This document shows, in pieces, positions 1-9,446 of a stretch of DNA of 64,000 nucleotides. The stretch is from IMG/VR virus record IMGVR_UViG_2844540631_000002, positions 1 through 64,000 of that record; one strand, written 5' to 3'. Every line of letters begins with the position of its first letter. Position 1 is the stretch's first letter. The stretch is from a virus (lineage: Duplodnaviria > Caudoviricetes). A program made the translations under genes and the position numbers. The notes under the pieces were generated by a model. The model saw nothing but the letters and a program-made list of their open reading frames with translations. It searched no databases and was not told the origin of the DNA.

Positions 1-246
1 ATGAACTGCGCCCGGCGCCCGCAGCTCTTCTTCAAAAGCGCTCCCGGTGGTCCTCTGGGCTGGCGCACCACCATCCGCGCCGATGGCCTTCCGGAAGTGA
101 AGGAGGACGGCCGCAACTCCGACGAGGCGAAAACGCTCGCGTACGCCAGCCTGCAGCGGCTGGTTGACGCGTCCGAGGCCCAGGGCAAGCCGCTCGACAT
201 CGAGGACTTCGACATCTACGTCGACGACGCGGAGGGCGCTCAATGA
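1..246 (+). CDS. HicB-like domain small protein (may be 5'-truncated by window edge)
   Basis: ADGLPEVKEDGRNSDEAKTLAYASLQRLVDASEAQGKPL resembles the HicB partial RNase H fold consensus. Confidence 0.45.
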   Translation: MNCARRPQLFFKSAPGGPLGWRTTIRADGLPEVKEDGRNSDEAKTLAYASLQRLVDASEAQGKPLDIEDFDIYVDDAEGAQ

Positions 247-461
247 GCACGCCCCTCCGAGTCGCCCTGGTGGCGGCGGACTGCGCATGGACGAGAGGTG
301 CCTGGGATTTCCCGGCGCCCACCGGCCGGCGCGAGTGGAAGGGCATTCAGAACACCCCCAACGACGTGCGGCTGCTCACCCAGCACCTGACGACGCTCTA
401 CCGCGAGCGTTGCCGGAGCCGTGAGGACCGCCGTCCCACCCGAAAGGCAGGTGCCGCATGA
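243..461 (+). CDS. Small protein resembling the C-terminus of DGQHR/DpdB-family proteins
   Basis: CAWTRGAWDF...WKGIQNTPNDVRLLTQHL motif; ATGA-type overlaps with both neighbours. Confidence 0.45.
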   Translation: MSTPLRVALVAADCAWTRGAWDFPAPTGRREWKGIQNTPNDVRLLTQHLTTLYRERCRSREDRRPTRKAGAA

Positions 462-808
462 CTCCATGTCCAGACCCTCGTCCGCGTCGCCGCCGCCCGG
501 AACTTGAGCGCGGCAATGCCTCCATCGAGCCGCTGACTCCACGGCAGAAGGAAGTGGCGGCCCTCATCCTCGTCATGACGAAGGAGCGCGGCTTCCCGCC
601 CACCGTGCGCGAGTTGGCTGCCCGGCTGGGCGTCGCCTCCACCAACGGCGTCAATGACTTGCTGACGGCGCTGGAGCGCAAGCGCTGCCTCACCCGCGAA
701 TCGAAGTCGGCGCGCTCCCTGGTGCTCACCGTGTCCGGCATCGAGGCCGCGGAGGAGCACCAGCGCGACACCGCCACCACCGATGTCGAGGAAGGAGCCA
801 TGCCGTGA
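458..808 (+). CDS. LexA-type winged-HTH DNA-binding protein lacking the peptidase domain
   Basis: LTPRQKEV...GFPPTVRELAARLGVASTNGVNDLLTALERK...R..KSARSL matches the LexA DNA-binding domain; only 116 aa. Confidence 0.8.
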   Translation: MTPCPDPRPRRRRPELERGNASIEPLTPRQKEVAALILVMTKERGFPPTVRELAARLGVASTNGVNDLLTALERKRCLTRESKSARSLVLTVSGIEAAEEHQRDTATTDVEEGAMP

Positions 809-1071
809 GCGAGTCCACCCAGGAGTTCGTGCCGTACAGCCGCGAGCAGTTGCTGGAGAAGTCCAACGAGCTGGCCGGCGTCCTCGAGAAGATTGACGAG
901 GTCCGCGAGGAAAAGGCCGCGGCCATGAAGGACTTCAAGAAGACGGAGGGCGATCTCTCCGCCAAGGCCCGCAAGCTGTCCAAGGTCATCCGCCAGAAGG
1001 GCGAGTACCGGGACAGGCAGGCCACCATCTTCGAGGTGAGCGCCGCGCGGAAGCCCCGGGAGGACGCGTGA
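805..1071 (+). CDS. Hypothetical coiled-coil protein
   Basis: 88 aa charged helical ORF, coupled overlaps on both sides. Confidence 0.7.
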   Translation: MSESTQEFVPYSREQLLEKSNELAGVLEKIDEVREEKAAAMKDFKKTEGDLSAKARKLSKVIRQKGEYRDRQATIFEVSAARKPREDA

Positions 1072-2186
1072 GCGCCACGACTTCCATCGAGTGGACGGAC
1101 CACACCTTCAACCCATGGCGGGGCTGCGCCAAGGTCCACCTCGGCTGCACCCATTGTTATGCCGAGAAGAACGTCGGCGTGGCAATCCATGGCATCGCCT
1201 GGGGCGAGGTGTGGTCCGGCGGGCAGCGCGTCATCGCGGACGACAGCACCTGGAGGCATCCGCGCGCATGGGCCCGCGCGGCCGCGAAGGCTGGCGTGCG
1301 CCGGCGCGTGTTCTGCGCGTCCCTGGCGGACGTGCTGGAAGTGCCCGAGTACCCGCCGTTTCAGCACCTCACCACGGAGCGCCGCGAGCGCGTGAACGAG
1401 GCGCGCCGAGCCCTCGACGAGGCGCGCGCGAAGCTCTGGGACGTAATCCGGGAGACGGCCCACGTGTGCCAGGGGTGCCAGCGCCCGCACGCGATGAGCG
1501 CTGATCTCCCGGGCAGGACGGCTCGGCTGAGCGACCTGGCCAGCGTTGGCGCGGCGTGCGAGGGGCGCGACGGCCGGTGCGTCAACACCGCCTCTGGTGG
1601 ACTCGACTGGCTGCTCCTCACGAAGCGCCCGCAGAACTGGGAGTTGGTGCCCGAGGACGTGCGCCCCTTCGTGTGGCTCGGCACGAGTGCGAGCGACCAA
1701 GGCACGTGGGACTCGGGCGCGGACGAGCTCGCCAAGGCGGAGGGCTTCGCGCAGCTCTTCGTGTCCTTGGAGCCGATGGTGGCGGCCGTGGACATGGGGC
1801 TGGGGCGGAACCGTAAGAGCGAACGCGTCCTGCGCTGGTACCGGCCGCTGAAGGACTCCATCGGCTGGGTCATCGTCGGTGGCGAGTCGGGCAGCAAGGC
1901 GCGGCCGTGCCACGTCGAGTGGGTGCGGAACATCGTGCGCCAGTGCCGCGCCGCCGGGGTGCCGTGCTTCGTCAAGCAGCTCGGCGAGGTGCCGGTGCTT
2001 CGCGAGCCGGCGGCGGGCGAGGACCCCTTCATCCCCGACAGGGAGTGGCCGCAGGGGACGCTCTTTGGGAACTACCGGCGCGTCGATGGGCTGAACGGCC
2101 GCGTCCCGAGGCTCAACGACAAGAAGGGCGGCGACATGGCCGAGTGGCCCGAGGACCTGCGCGTCCGGGAGGTGCCCCATGGTTGA
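1068..2186 (+). CDS. DUF5131 / phage Gp37Gp68 family protein (radical-SAM-like)
   Basis: [67 protein letters not shown] motifs. Confidence 0.9.
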   Translation: MSATTSIEWTDHTFNPWRGCAKVHLGCTHCYAEKNVGVAIHGIAWGEVWSGGQRVIADDSTWRHPRAWARAAAKAGVRRRVFCASLADVLEVPEYPPFQHLTTERRERVNEARRALDEARAKLWDVIRETAHVCQGCQRPHAMSADLPGRTARLSDLASVGAACEGRDGRCVNTASGGLDWLLLTKRPQNWELVPEDVRPFVWLGTSASDQGTWDSGADELAKAEGFAQLFVSLEPMVAAVDMGLGRNRKSERVLRWYRPLKDSIGWVIVGGESGSKARPCHVEWVRNIVRQCRAAGVPCFVKQLGEVPVLREPAAGEDPFIPDREWPQGTLFGNYRRVDGLNGRVPRLNDKKGGDMAEWPEDLRVREVPHG

Positions 2187-2610
2187 GCGCATCCGCGGCC
2201 TGACGCTCATCCGCCCCTGGGCCTGGGCCATCGCCTGTGCTGGCAAGGACGTGGAGAACCGCACCTGGGAGCCCCCGCGCGCGATGGTGGGCGGCTGGCT
2301 CGCCATCCACGCCGGCAAGAAGTGGGACCAGGACGCGGCGGACTCCATCGCCGACACCTTCGGTGTCCAGGTGCCCGGCGAGAGTGCGCAGCCCTCCGGC
2401 GTCATCATCGCCGTGGCCCGCCTCGCGGGGGTGGTGCGTGAGAGTGAGTCACCCTGGTTCGGCGGGCCAGTTGGCTGGACGCTGGACCAGGTCGTCCAGC
2501 TCCCGACGCCAGTGACGTGCCGCGGCGCCCAGGGACTGTGGATGCTGCCGGCGCCCGTCCTGGAGCGCGTGCACGCCGGGTGGGCTGCTGCTCGGGGGGC
2601 CCGTCCATGA
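2179..2610 (+). CDS. ASCH domain protein
   Basis: [11 protein letters not shown]...KDVENRTW...LAIHAGK...CRGAQGLW. Confidence 0.85.
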   Translation: MVERIRGLTLIRPWAWAIACAGKDVENRTWEPPRAMVGGWLAIHAGKKWDQDAADSIADTFGVQVPGESAQPSGVIIAVARLAGVVRESESPWFGGPVGWTLDQVVQLPTPVTCRGAQGLWMLPAPVLERVHAGWAAARGARP

Positions 2611-3116
2611 GCTGCCGCTACCTGGATGCTGGCGCCGACATCAGCGCGTGCGGCCTGTACCGCTACCGCCTCTGGCGCACATGGGCGGAGGGCTCGGACG
2701 TGCGCCGTGTGCTCTTCGTCATGCTCAACCCGAGCACAGCAGACGGTACCCAGGATGACCCGACGCTGCGCCGCTGCGTGGGCTTCGCCCAGTCCTGGGG
2801 CTTCGGCGCGCTCACCGTCTGCAACCTGTTCGCCTTCCGCGCCACGGACCCTGGAGAGCTGCTGGTGCGCGGGGTGGACCGCGTCGGCCCGGAGAACGAT
2901 GCCGCCCTGGTCCGTGCCTCGTCGGATGCTCACCTGGTGGTCGCCGCGTGGGGCGCCTTCCGCGGCACCACCCACCGTGCCCCGGCCGTGCTCTCGGCAC
3001 TGCGGCAGCGCCACGCTGTCCACGCGCTGGGGCTCACCAGGGGAGGGGACCCGAAGCACCCGCTCTACCTGCCCGGCCACCTCAAGCCGGTGCCGTGGAT
3101 GGAGGCCCAGTCTTGA
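2607..3116 (+). CDS. DUF1643 domain protein
   Basis: YRYRLWRTW, FVMLNPSTAD...DDPTLRRC, NLFAFRATDP, VVAAWG, PKHPLY; ATG at 2607 overlaps upstream stop. Confidence 0.9.
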   Translation: MSCRYLDAGADISACGLYRYRLWRTWAEGSDVRRVLFVMLNPSTADGTQDDPTLRRCVGFAQSWGFGALTVCNLFAFRATDPGELLVRGVDRVGPENDAALVRASSDAHLVVAAWGAFRGTTHRAPAVLSALRQRHAVHALGLTRGGDPKHPLYLPGHLKPVPWMEAQS

Positions 3117-4012
3117 GCGCCTGCCCATCCCCAGAACTCCTGACGAAGCTCCGCGGGCGCCGCGTCGTGGCGAGCGTGTCCGGCGGCAAGGACTCGGCGG
3201 CCCTGAGCCTGCACCTGCGCGAGCTGGGCATCGAGCACGACCGCGTCTTCCTCGACACGGGCTGGGAGCACTCGGCCACCTACGAGTACCTGCGTGGCGA
3301 TCTGGAGCGCACACTCGGCCCCATCACCTGGCTCCGTGCCGAGCGGCAGATGGAGGACCTCATCCGCCACAAGGGCATGTTCCCATCCAAGCAGCGGCGC
3401 TACTGCACTCAGGAGCTGAAGGTGCGCCCGATGCAGCACCACCTGAGCGCCCTGGTGGCCTCCGGTCAGGACGTCGTCAGCGCAGTGGGCATCCGGCACG
3501 AGGAGAGCGCTGCTCGCGCGCAGCTCGGCGAGTGGGAGTGGAGCGAGGGATTCGACTGCGAGGTGTGGCGCCCGCTCGTCTCGTGGTCTCAGGACGATGT
3601 CATCGCCATCCATAAGCGCCACGGCCTCAATCCCAACCCCCTGTACCTGCGCGGTGCTGAGCGGGTGGGGTGTTGGCCCTGCATCTACGCACGAAAGTCC
3701 GAGGTCCGGCTGCTGGCAGCCGTGGACCCGGAGCGCGTGGAACTGCTGCGCCGCCTCGAAGCCGACGTCACCGATGCCCAGCGGGCCCGCGCCGAGCGGG
3801 ACGGGAAGGAGCCTCTTGGCCCCGCCGCGTGGTTCCAGGCTCCCCTCGGCCGCACAGGCGAATGCTGGCCCATCGACCAGGTCGTCGCGTGGAGCCGAAC
3901 GGCCCGCGGTGGGCGGCAGTTCGAGCTCTTCGCCTCGGACGCCGCGGCTGAGGGCTGCCTGCGCTGGGGGCTCTGCGAGACCTCCGCGCCGGCCGAGGAG
4001 TCAGCGCCTTGA
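3113..4012 (+). CDS. Phosphoadenosine phosphosulfate (PAPS) reductase family protein
   Basis: SVSGGKDS PP-loop, FLDTGWE, RYCTQELK, GIRHEESAAR, RVGCWPC; TTG start overlapping the previous stop inferred. Confidence 0.88.
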   Translation: MSACPSPELLTKLRGRRVVASVSGGKDSAALSLHLRELGIEHDRVFLDTGWEHSATYEYLRGDLERTLGPITWLRAERQMEDLIRHKGMFPSKQRRYCTQELKVRPMQHHLSALVASGQDVVSAVGIRHEESAARAQLGEWEWSEGFDCEVWRPLVSWSQDDVIAIHKRHGLNPNPLYLRGAERVGCWPCIYARKSEVRLLAAVDPERVELLRRLEADVTDAQRARAERDGKEPLGPAAWFQAPLGRTGECWPIDQVVAWSRTARGGRQFELFASDAAAEGCLRWGLCETSAPAEESAP

Positions 4013-4173
4013 GCCCGCGCGCCTCCTTCATCGCCCTCGCCGTGGGCGCCACCGCCGCCGGGCTCGTGCTGTCCCGGCTGGCCGAGCAGCAACTCCAGTC
4101 TGCGGCGAAGGCCGCGGGCTGCTCCATCGCGTTCACCGCCATCGCCGCACGCTTCATCGGGGGCCGTTCATGA
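4009..4173 (+). CDS. Small hydrophobic hypothetical protein (54 aa)
   Basis: TTGA/ATGA overlaps with both neighbours; hydrophobic stretch FIALAVGATAAGLVL. Confidence 0.45.
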   Translation: MSPRASFIALAVGATAAGLVLSRLAEQQLQSAAKAAGCSIAFTAIAARFIGGRS

Positions 4174-6137
4174 CGTGCACCAACCACTACGAGTTCACCG
4201 CCGGTTACCTCTTCTGTGGCTCAGGGCCCGGGGCGTTGGGCAACGACATGGCCACCGTCGAAGTGGCGGGCAGCACCGCCTCCTGGCGCAACCTGGGCGG
4301 CGTCGACTTCGACGAAGGGTGCTGCAAGGACTACACGTACCTGACGGGGGCGCCGTCCCTCTGTGCGGACATCGCCACGCTGGCGCCTGAGAAGCTGCGC
4401 AAGTTCTGGGGCCCGCGCGCACCGGACATGACGAAGTGGAGTCCTCCGTGCAAGGGCGCCTCAAAGCTGCTGCCAGCCGAGATGGCCGCGACGCAGAAGT
4501 ACCAGGACATGAACCAGCTCATGTTCCACGCGGCGAAGCTGGTGCTCGCGGCGTACCCGGAGCGGGACAACCGTCCGCGGCTCATCGTCGTGGAGAACGT
4601 GCCCAGCTTCCGCACGCGGTGCCGGGAGGTGCTTGGAAAGACGATTCGCCTGCTGCGTGAGGCGGGCTACGAGGTGAACGTCACCACGCACGACCTCGGC
4701 CAGGAGGGTGGGCTGGCGCAGTCGCGCGAGCGCTTCACTCTGTCGGCCCGGGACTCCCGCCGTTGCCCGGTGCAGGTGGCGATGCCGCCGTACCAGGGGC
4801 TGCGCGGCGTGGGCGAGGTGCTGGCGCCGCTGCCGTGGCCGGATGACCCGCGTGCGGGCCGGATGCACCGGCTCCCCCGGGTGAGCTGGCTCAACGCAGT
4901 GCGCCTGGCGCTCATCCCCCCGGGCGGCGACTGGCGGGACTTGCCGAAGCGCGGCCACGTGGTGGAGACGCTCCAGCAACGCTGCCTGTGGCCGACGGGC
5001 ATGGACACGGCTGCCTTCCGTGAGCTGGTGGAGGAGCAGCTCGGGAACCCTGTCGAGGCCTCGCAGAAGAGGCGGGAGGTCCACCGCCGACATCCCGTCC
5101 AGGCATGGGCGGCGCCGTCGCCCACGGTGTCCGGGCCGGGCGGCGCGGGCTTGTGCGCTGTCGAGGACCCGCGCCCGCTGGAGGCGTTGGCGATGGGGGC
5201 GGAGAACCCCGCGCGTCACACCAGCAAGTACGCGGTTCAGGACTGGGCCGCCGCTGCGCGGACGGTAACAGGGGCCCAGCAGGTGGGGAGCGGCGGACCT
5301 GCCGTCGCGGACGCTCGCGCGGTGGAAGCCCTGGCGATGCGCAAGGACGCCCGACCAGGCGCTGCCGGGGTGCTGCACTGGACCCGGCCCTCTGCCACCG
5401 TCATCGCCACGTCCTGGGTGTCCGGCGGCAGCTCTCCGGTGTCTGTGGCCGACCCGCGCGCGGTTGAGTTGCTCGGCCTGGGCCAGACGGCGGCCGGAGC
5501 TGGCAGCTACGCCGGCCGTCCGGGCCTGTTCGGTGTCGGGGACTGGCGGGCGCCGAGCCCGACGGTGACGGGCAAGGCCACGGTGAGCGGGGGCAACGCT
5601 CAGGCCTCGGTGGCCGACGAGCGTGTGGAGCGCCTGGGCCTGGGATGCCACGGCCGCAACGGCTTCTACGGCGTCATCGGCTGGGACACCACCGCCGGAA
5701 CCATCACCGGGAGCATGCAACTCGACAACGGCTCGTGCTCGGTGGCGGACCCGCGGCTGCCGCACCCGCGCGTCGTCATCGACATCCGCTTGGCGCTCCA
5801 GCTCCTGGCCGAAGGGTGGGAGCCACCGAAGGGGACGTTGGCGCCGGCCATCCTCTCTCCGCTGTCGGGCTGCTGGCACCGGCCCCTCACCACGCTGGAG
5901 TTGGCCGTCCTCCAGGGCCTGCCGCACGTCCACCGGGGCGCGCCGCTGGTCCTGGCGGGCAACAGCGACTCCACGTGGAGGGAGCACATCGGCAACGCCA
6001 TCCCCGTGGGTGGTGCGCTGGCCTGGGGCAGGGTGCTGCTGGAGTCCCTCCTGCGCTCCGAGCTCGGCGAGGGCTGGGCGTTGCGCGGGGACTACTGGTT
6101 CGACGCGCCTTCGCTGAATGAGGGGTACGCCTCGTGA
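4170..6137 (+). CDS. DNA (cytosine-5)-methyltransferase with repeat-expanded variable region
   Basis: LFCGSG (motif I), SPPCKG (catalytic PC), VENV, SRERF, HIGNAIP (motif X); start at ATG 4170. Confidence 0.9.
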   Translation: MTCTNHYEFTAGYLFCGSGPGALGNDMATVEVAGSTASWRNLGGVDFDEGCCKDYTYLTGAPSLCADIATLAPEKLRKFWGPRAPDMTKWSPPCKGASKLLPAEMAATQKYQDMNQLMFHAAKLVLAAYPERDNRPRLIVVENVPSFRTRCREVLGKTIRLLREAGYEVNVTTHDLGQEGGLAQSRERFTLSARDSRRCPVQVAMPPYQGLRGVGEVLAPLPWPDDPRAGRMHRLPRVSWLNAVRLALIPPGGDWRDLPKRGHVVETLQQRCLWPTGMDTAAFRELVEEQLGNPVEASQKRREVHRRHPVQAWAAPSPTVSGPGGAGLCAVEDPRPLEALAMGAENPARHTSKYAVQDWAAAARTVTGAQQVGSGGPAVADARAVEALAMRKDARPGAAGVLHWTRPSATVIATSWVSGGSSPVSVADPRAVELLGLGQTAAGAGSYAGRPGLFGVGDWRAPSPTVTGKATVSGGNAQASVADERVERLGLGCHGRNGFYGVIGWDTTAGTITGSMQLDNGSCSVADPRLPHPRVVIDIRLALQLLAEGWEPPKGTLAPAILSPLSGCWHRPLTTLELAVLQGLPHVHRGAPLVLAGNSDSTWREHIGNAIPVGGALAWGRVLLESLLRSELGEGWALRGDYWFDAPSLNEGYAS

Positions 6138-6505
6138 GCACGCCCCTTCTCGAAGAGTTGGTGCGCCTGCGTGCGCTCGTCACCGCCCACCGCTTCCGGT
6201 GCGTGGGCGAGGCGCAGCTTCAACAGGCACTGGCCCAGGTGTTCACCGAAGCGGAACTGCCGTTCCAGCGCGAAGTGGTGCTGGGGGACGCCGGCCGCAT
6301 CGACTTCATGGTGGGCGCCCTGGGCGTCGAGGTGAAGGTGGAGGGCAGCGTCTCCGCCGTCACCCGGCAGATCCTGGACTACGCGGAGCGGGAGGAAGTC
6401 CACGGACTCCTGCTCGTCACCACCCGTTCCCACCACGACGGCATGCCCGCGCAAATGCGCGGCAAGCCCGTGCGTGTGGCTGTGCTGAGAGGAGGCCTTC
6501 TGTGA
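6134..6505 (+). CDS. Small PD-(D/E)xK-like nuclease-fold protein
   Basis: GRIDFMV...GVEVKV...QILDY pattern; directly precedes the SNF2 helicase. Confidence 0.6.
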   Translation: MSTPLLEELVRLRALVTAHRFRCVGEAQLQQALAQVFTEAELPFQREVVLGDAGRIDFMVGALGVEVKVEGSVSAVTRQILDYAEREEVHGLLLVTTRSHHDGMPAQMRGKPVRVAVLRGGLL

Positions 6506-8232
6506 GCACCAGGTGCTTCGGGACTGTCCGGCTGGAGAAGCGGACGCTGGGGACGCGCGGCGGCGAGCGGCCTGCCTGGGTCATCCAGTGCGAGCCCCAC
6601 GTGTCCCTCCGGCTGAAGCGCGTCTTCGACCGCGTCAACAAGGGGGACGTGGGCGAGGTGCTGCTCGCGGCCACCGCAGAGACGGCGCGGGAGTTGGAGT
6701 GGTTCATCCAGCGCTTCCCCCTGGAGGTGCAGGGCAAGGACGCGAAGGACTTCCTCAAGCACGGGGCGCGGGAGCAGGTCCGGCGCGAGGCAGCCGTCGC
6801 CGAGCTGCTCGCCGCGGACTACCAGCCGCCCGAATTCCAGATGAACGTGCCTCCGCGCGAGTACCAGCGCCGGGCGGCTGACATGTTCCTCCGGATGCGG
6901 AACCTGCTGCTTGCGGACGACGTGGGCCTGGGGAAGACGGCCTCGGCCCTCACCGCGTTCACCGACAAGCGCACGCTGCCGGCGGTGGTGGTGACGCTGA
7001 CGCACCTGCCTCGGCAGTGGCAGCGGGAGCTGGCGCGCTTCCTCCCGGGGCTGCGCGTCCACGTCGCGAAGAAGGCGACGCCGGAGGACGTCACGCGGGG
7101 CCGTGGCGGGCGGAAGCTGCCCTGGCCGGACGTCCTCGTCCTCAACTACCACAAGCTGTCGGGCTGGGCGGAGACGCTGGTCAACGCTGGCGTGCGCACC
7201 GTCGTCTTCGACGAGTGCCAGGAGCTGCGCCGCGGGCCGGACTCCGAGAAGTACCGCGCGGCGCACTTCCTCGCCCAGCGGGTCAACTTCGTCGTCGGGC
7301 TGTCCGCCACACCCATCTACAACTACGGCGGGGAGATGTTCCACGTCCTGGACTGCATCAAGCCGGGCGTGTTGGGCACCCGCGAGGAGTTCAGCCGGGA
7401 GTGGTGCACGGGCGTGGAGGACAAGCTGTCCTTCAAGGACCCGCGCGCCTTCGGCACCTACCTGCGTGACGCGGGGCTCATGCTGCGCCGCACCCGCGTG
7501 GACGTGGGGCGGGAGCTGCCCTCCCTGACGCGCGATATCCACACGGTGGAGGCCGACACGCGCGTCCTCGACGAGGTGGAGGACAAGGCCGCGGAGTTGG
7601 CCCGCATCATCCTCGCGCAGGGTGGGGTGAAGCCGGAGGACAGGCTGCAGGCCTCGGGCGAGCTGTCCTGGCGGCTGCGTCAGGCCACGGGCATCAGCAA
7701 GGCGCCCTTCGTCGCCGAGTTCGTCCGCATGCTGGTGGAGAACGGGGAGCGCGTCCTCCTCTACGGCTGGCACCATGAGGTGTACAGCATCTGGCGGGAG
7801 CGGCTGAAGGAGTACTCCCCGGCCATCTTCACCGGGCAGGAGTCGCCCACGCAGAAGGAGGCGGAGGCCCAGCGCTTCAAGTCCGGCCAGACGCCCATCC
7901 TCATCATGTCCCTGCGCGCCGGCGCGGGCCTGGACGGACTGCAGCACTGCTGCCGCACGGTGGTGTTCGGCGAGCTGGACTGGAGCCCCGGCGTGCATGA
8001 GCAGGCGTGCGGCCGCGTGCACCGGGACGGCCAGACGGACCCCGTCATGGCCTACTTCCTGGTGTCGGACAGCGGCTCGGACCCGGTGGTTGCGGACGTG
8101 CTGGGCATCAAGCGGGACCAGATGGAGGGCATCCGCGACCCGCAGGCCAGCCTCATGGAGCGCCTGGAGACGGATGAGAACCGTGTCCGGCGCCTGGCCG
8201 AGTCCTTCCTGAAGAACCGGAGGGCGGCATGA
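6502..8232 (+). CDS. SNF2-family (SF2) helicase
   Basis: LADDVGLGKT (Walker A), VFDECQ (Walker B), LSATP, WSPGVHEQACGRVHRDGQ (motif VI); GTG start at 6502. Confidence 0.92.
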   Translation: MSTRCFGTVRLEKRTLGTRGGERPAWVIQCEPHVSLRLKRVFDRVNKGDVGEVLLAATAETARELEWFIQRFPLEVQGKDAKDFLKHGAREQVRREAAVAELLAADYQPPEFQMNVPPREYQRRAADMFLRMRNLLLADDVGLGKTASALTAFTDKRTLPAVVVTLTHLPRQWQRELARFLPGLRVHVAKKATPEDVTRGRGGRKLPWPDVLVLNYHKLSGWAETLVNAGVRTVVFDECQELRRGPDSEKYRAAHFLAQRVNFVVGLSATPIYNYGGEMFHVLDCIKPGVLGTREEFSREWCTGVEDKLSFKDPRAFGTYLRDAGLMLRRTRVDVGRELPSLTRDIHTVEADTRVLDEVEDKAAELARIILAQGGVKPEDRLQASGELSWRLRQATGISKAPFVAEFVRMLVENGERVLLYGWHHEVYSIWRERLKEYSPAIFTGQESPTQKEAEAQRFKSGQTPILIMSLRAGAGLDGLQHCCRTVVFGELDWSPGVHEQACGRVHRDGQTDPVMAYFLVSDSGSDPVVADVLGIKRDQMEGIRDPQASLMERLETDENRVRRLAESFLKNRRAA

Positions 8233-9446
8233 CCACGCCCTGCGCTCCGCTCCGAGCTCCTTTCCCTTGGTTCGGCGGGAAGAGCCGCGCTGCCCACCTC
8301 GTGTGGGCGGCATTCGGCGACACGGCCAACTACGTGGAGCCGTTCGCCGGCAGCCTCGCTGTCCTGCTGGGCCGGCCCACGTCGCCTGGCGTGGAGACCG
8401 TCAACGACCTGGACTGCTACCTCGCCAACTTCTGGCGGGCGCTGTCCGCGGCGCCGGACGAGGTGGCGCACCACGCGGACTGGCCCGTCAACGAGGCGGA
8501 CCTCCACGCGCGGCACCGCTGGCTGGTGGCCCAGGCCGACTTCCGCGCGCGCATGCGGCAGGACCCGGAGTACTTCGACGCGCGCGTCGCCGGTTGGTGG
8601 GTGTGGGGGCTCTGCCAGTGGATTGGCAGTGGCTGGTGCGCCCAGCCCTCCTGGGAGGCCCAGGACGCCGCCGGCGCCGAGAAGACGTGCGGCATCGCCA
8701 CGTCCGAGTACTCGAAGCGGCCGATGCTCGACAAACCGGGCCGGGGCGTCCACCAGCTTGCCGTGCGCGGGAAGGCCACGTCCGAGCATAAGCAGCGCCC
8801 GCACCTGACGGACGGCATCGGCGTGCATGCGCAGCGCCTGCGCGACCTGGGGCGCGCGTCGGAGTGGGGCAAGCGCCCGAGCCTGGGCCGCGGTGGGCGG
8901 GGCGTGCATGGCCTGTCGAACCAGATGCCCCTGGTGAGGGGTGACGGTGGCGCGTCGGGCATGGGCATCCACGCCACCGGGAAGCAGGGAGGGCTCCACG
9001 CGTGGATGCAGGCCCTGGCGGACCGGCTGCGCTACGTGCGCGTCTGCTGTGGAGACTGGAGCCGCATCCTCTCGCCCAACGTCACGGAGCGCATCGGCGT
9101 GACGGGCGTGCTGCTGGACCCGCCGTACTCCGACGCCGCGGGGCGCGACCCCAGCATCTACGCCGAAGAGGACCTGCAGGTGGCCCACCGCGTGCGCGAG
9201 TGGGCAGTGGCGAACGGGGACAACCCGCGCCTGCGCATCGCCCTGTGTGGTTACGAGGGCGAGCACGAGATGCCCGCGTCCTGGCGCTGCGTCGCGTGGA
9301 AGGCGCCGGGCGGGTACGCGGCCGCGCGGGGGAACCACGAGAACGCCCTGCGCGAGCGCATCTGGTTCAGCCCTCGCTGCCTGGCCCCGGCGGAGGACCC
9401 GCTCCACGGGCTTCCGCTGGCTCGCGTCTCCGGAGGTCCTCGATGA
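8229..9446 (+). CDS. DNA adenine methyltransferase (D12/Dam class) with internal insertion
   Basis: PFPWFGGKS, YVEPFAGS, ETVNDLD, LLDPPY catalytic motif. Confidence 0.88.
   Translation: MTTPCAPLRAPFPWFGGKSRAAHLVWAAFGDTANYVEPFAGSLAVLLGRPTSPGVETVNDLDCYLANFWRALSAAPDEVAHHADWPVNEADLHARHRWLVAQADFRARMRQDPEYFDARVAGWWVWGLCQWIGSGWCAQPSWEAQDAAGAEKTCGIATSEYSKRPMLDKPGRGVHQLAVRGKATSEHKQRPHLTDGIGVHAQRLRDLGRASEWGKRPSLGRGGRGVHGLSNQMPLVRGDGGASGMGIHATGKQGGLHAWMQALADRLRYVRVCCGDWSRILSPNVTERIGVTGVLLDPPYSDAAGRDPSIYAEEDLQVAHRVREWAVANGDNPRLRIALCGYEGEHEMPASWRCVAWKAPGGYAAARGNHENALRERIWFSPRCLAPAEDPLHGLPLARVSGGPR

Noticed and set aside
726-3314. 862-aa minus-strand ORF; similarly 6379-8313, 10266-12398, 23029-24963, 46334-48802, 48947-50911
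   Set aside because: Shadow ORFs antisense to well-supported genes, caused by high GC3 bias; Arg/Pro/Gly-rich with no motifs
3113-4012. PAPS-reductase protein as DndC of a phosphorothioation system
   Set aside because: No dndA/D/E or ssp genes in the window; this family is common on its own in prophages
3597-4169. N-terminal extension of the 846-aa methylase ORF
   Set aside because: Overlaps the PAPS-reductase gene in another frame; motif I starts right after ATG 4170
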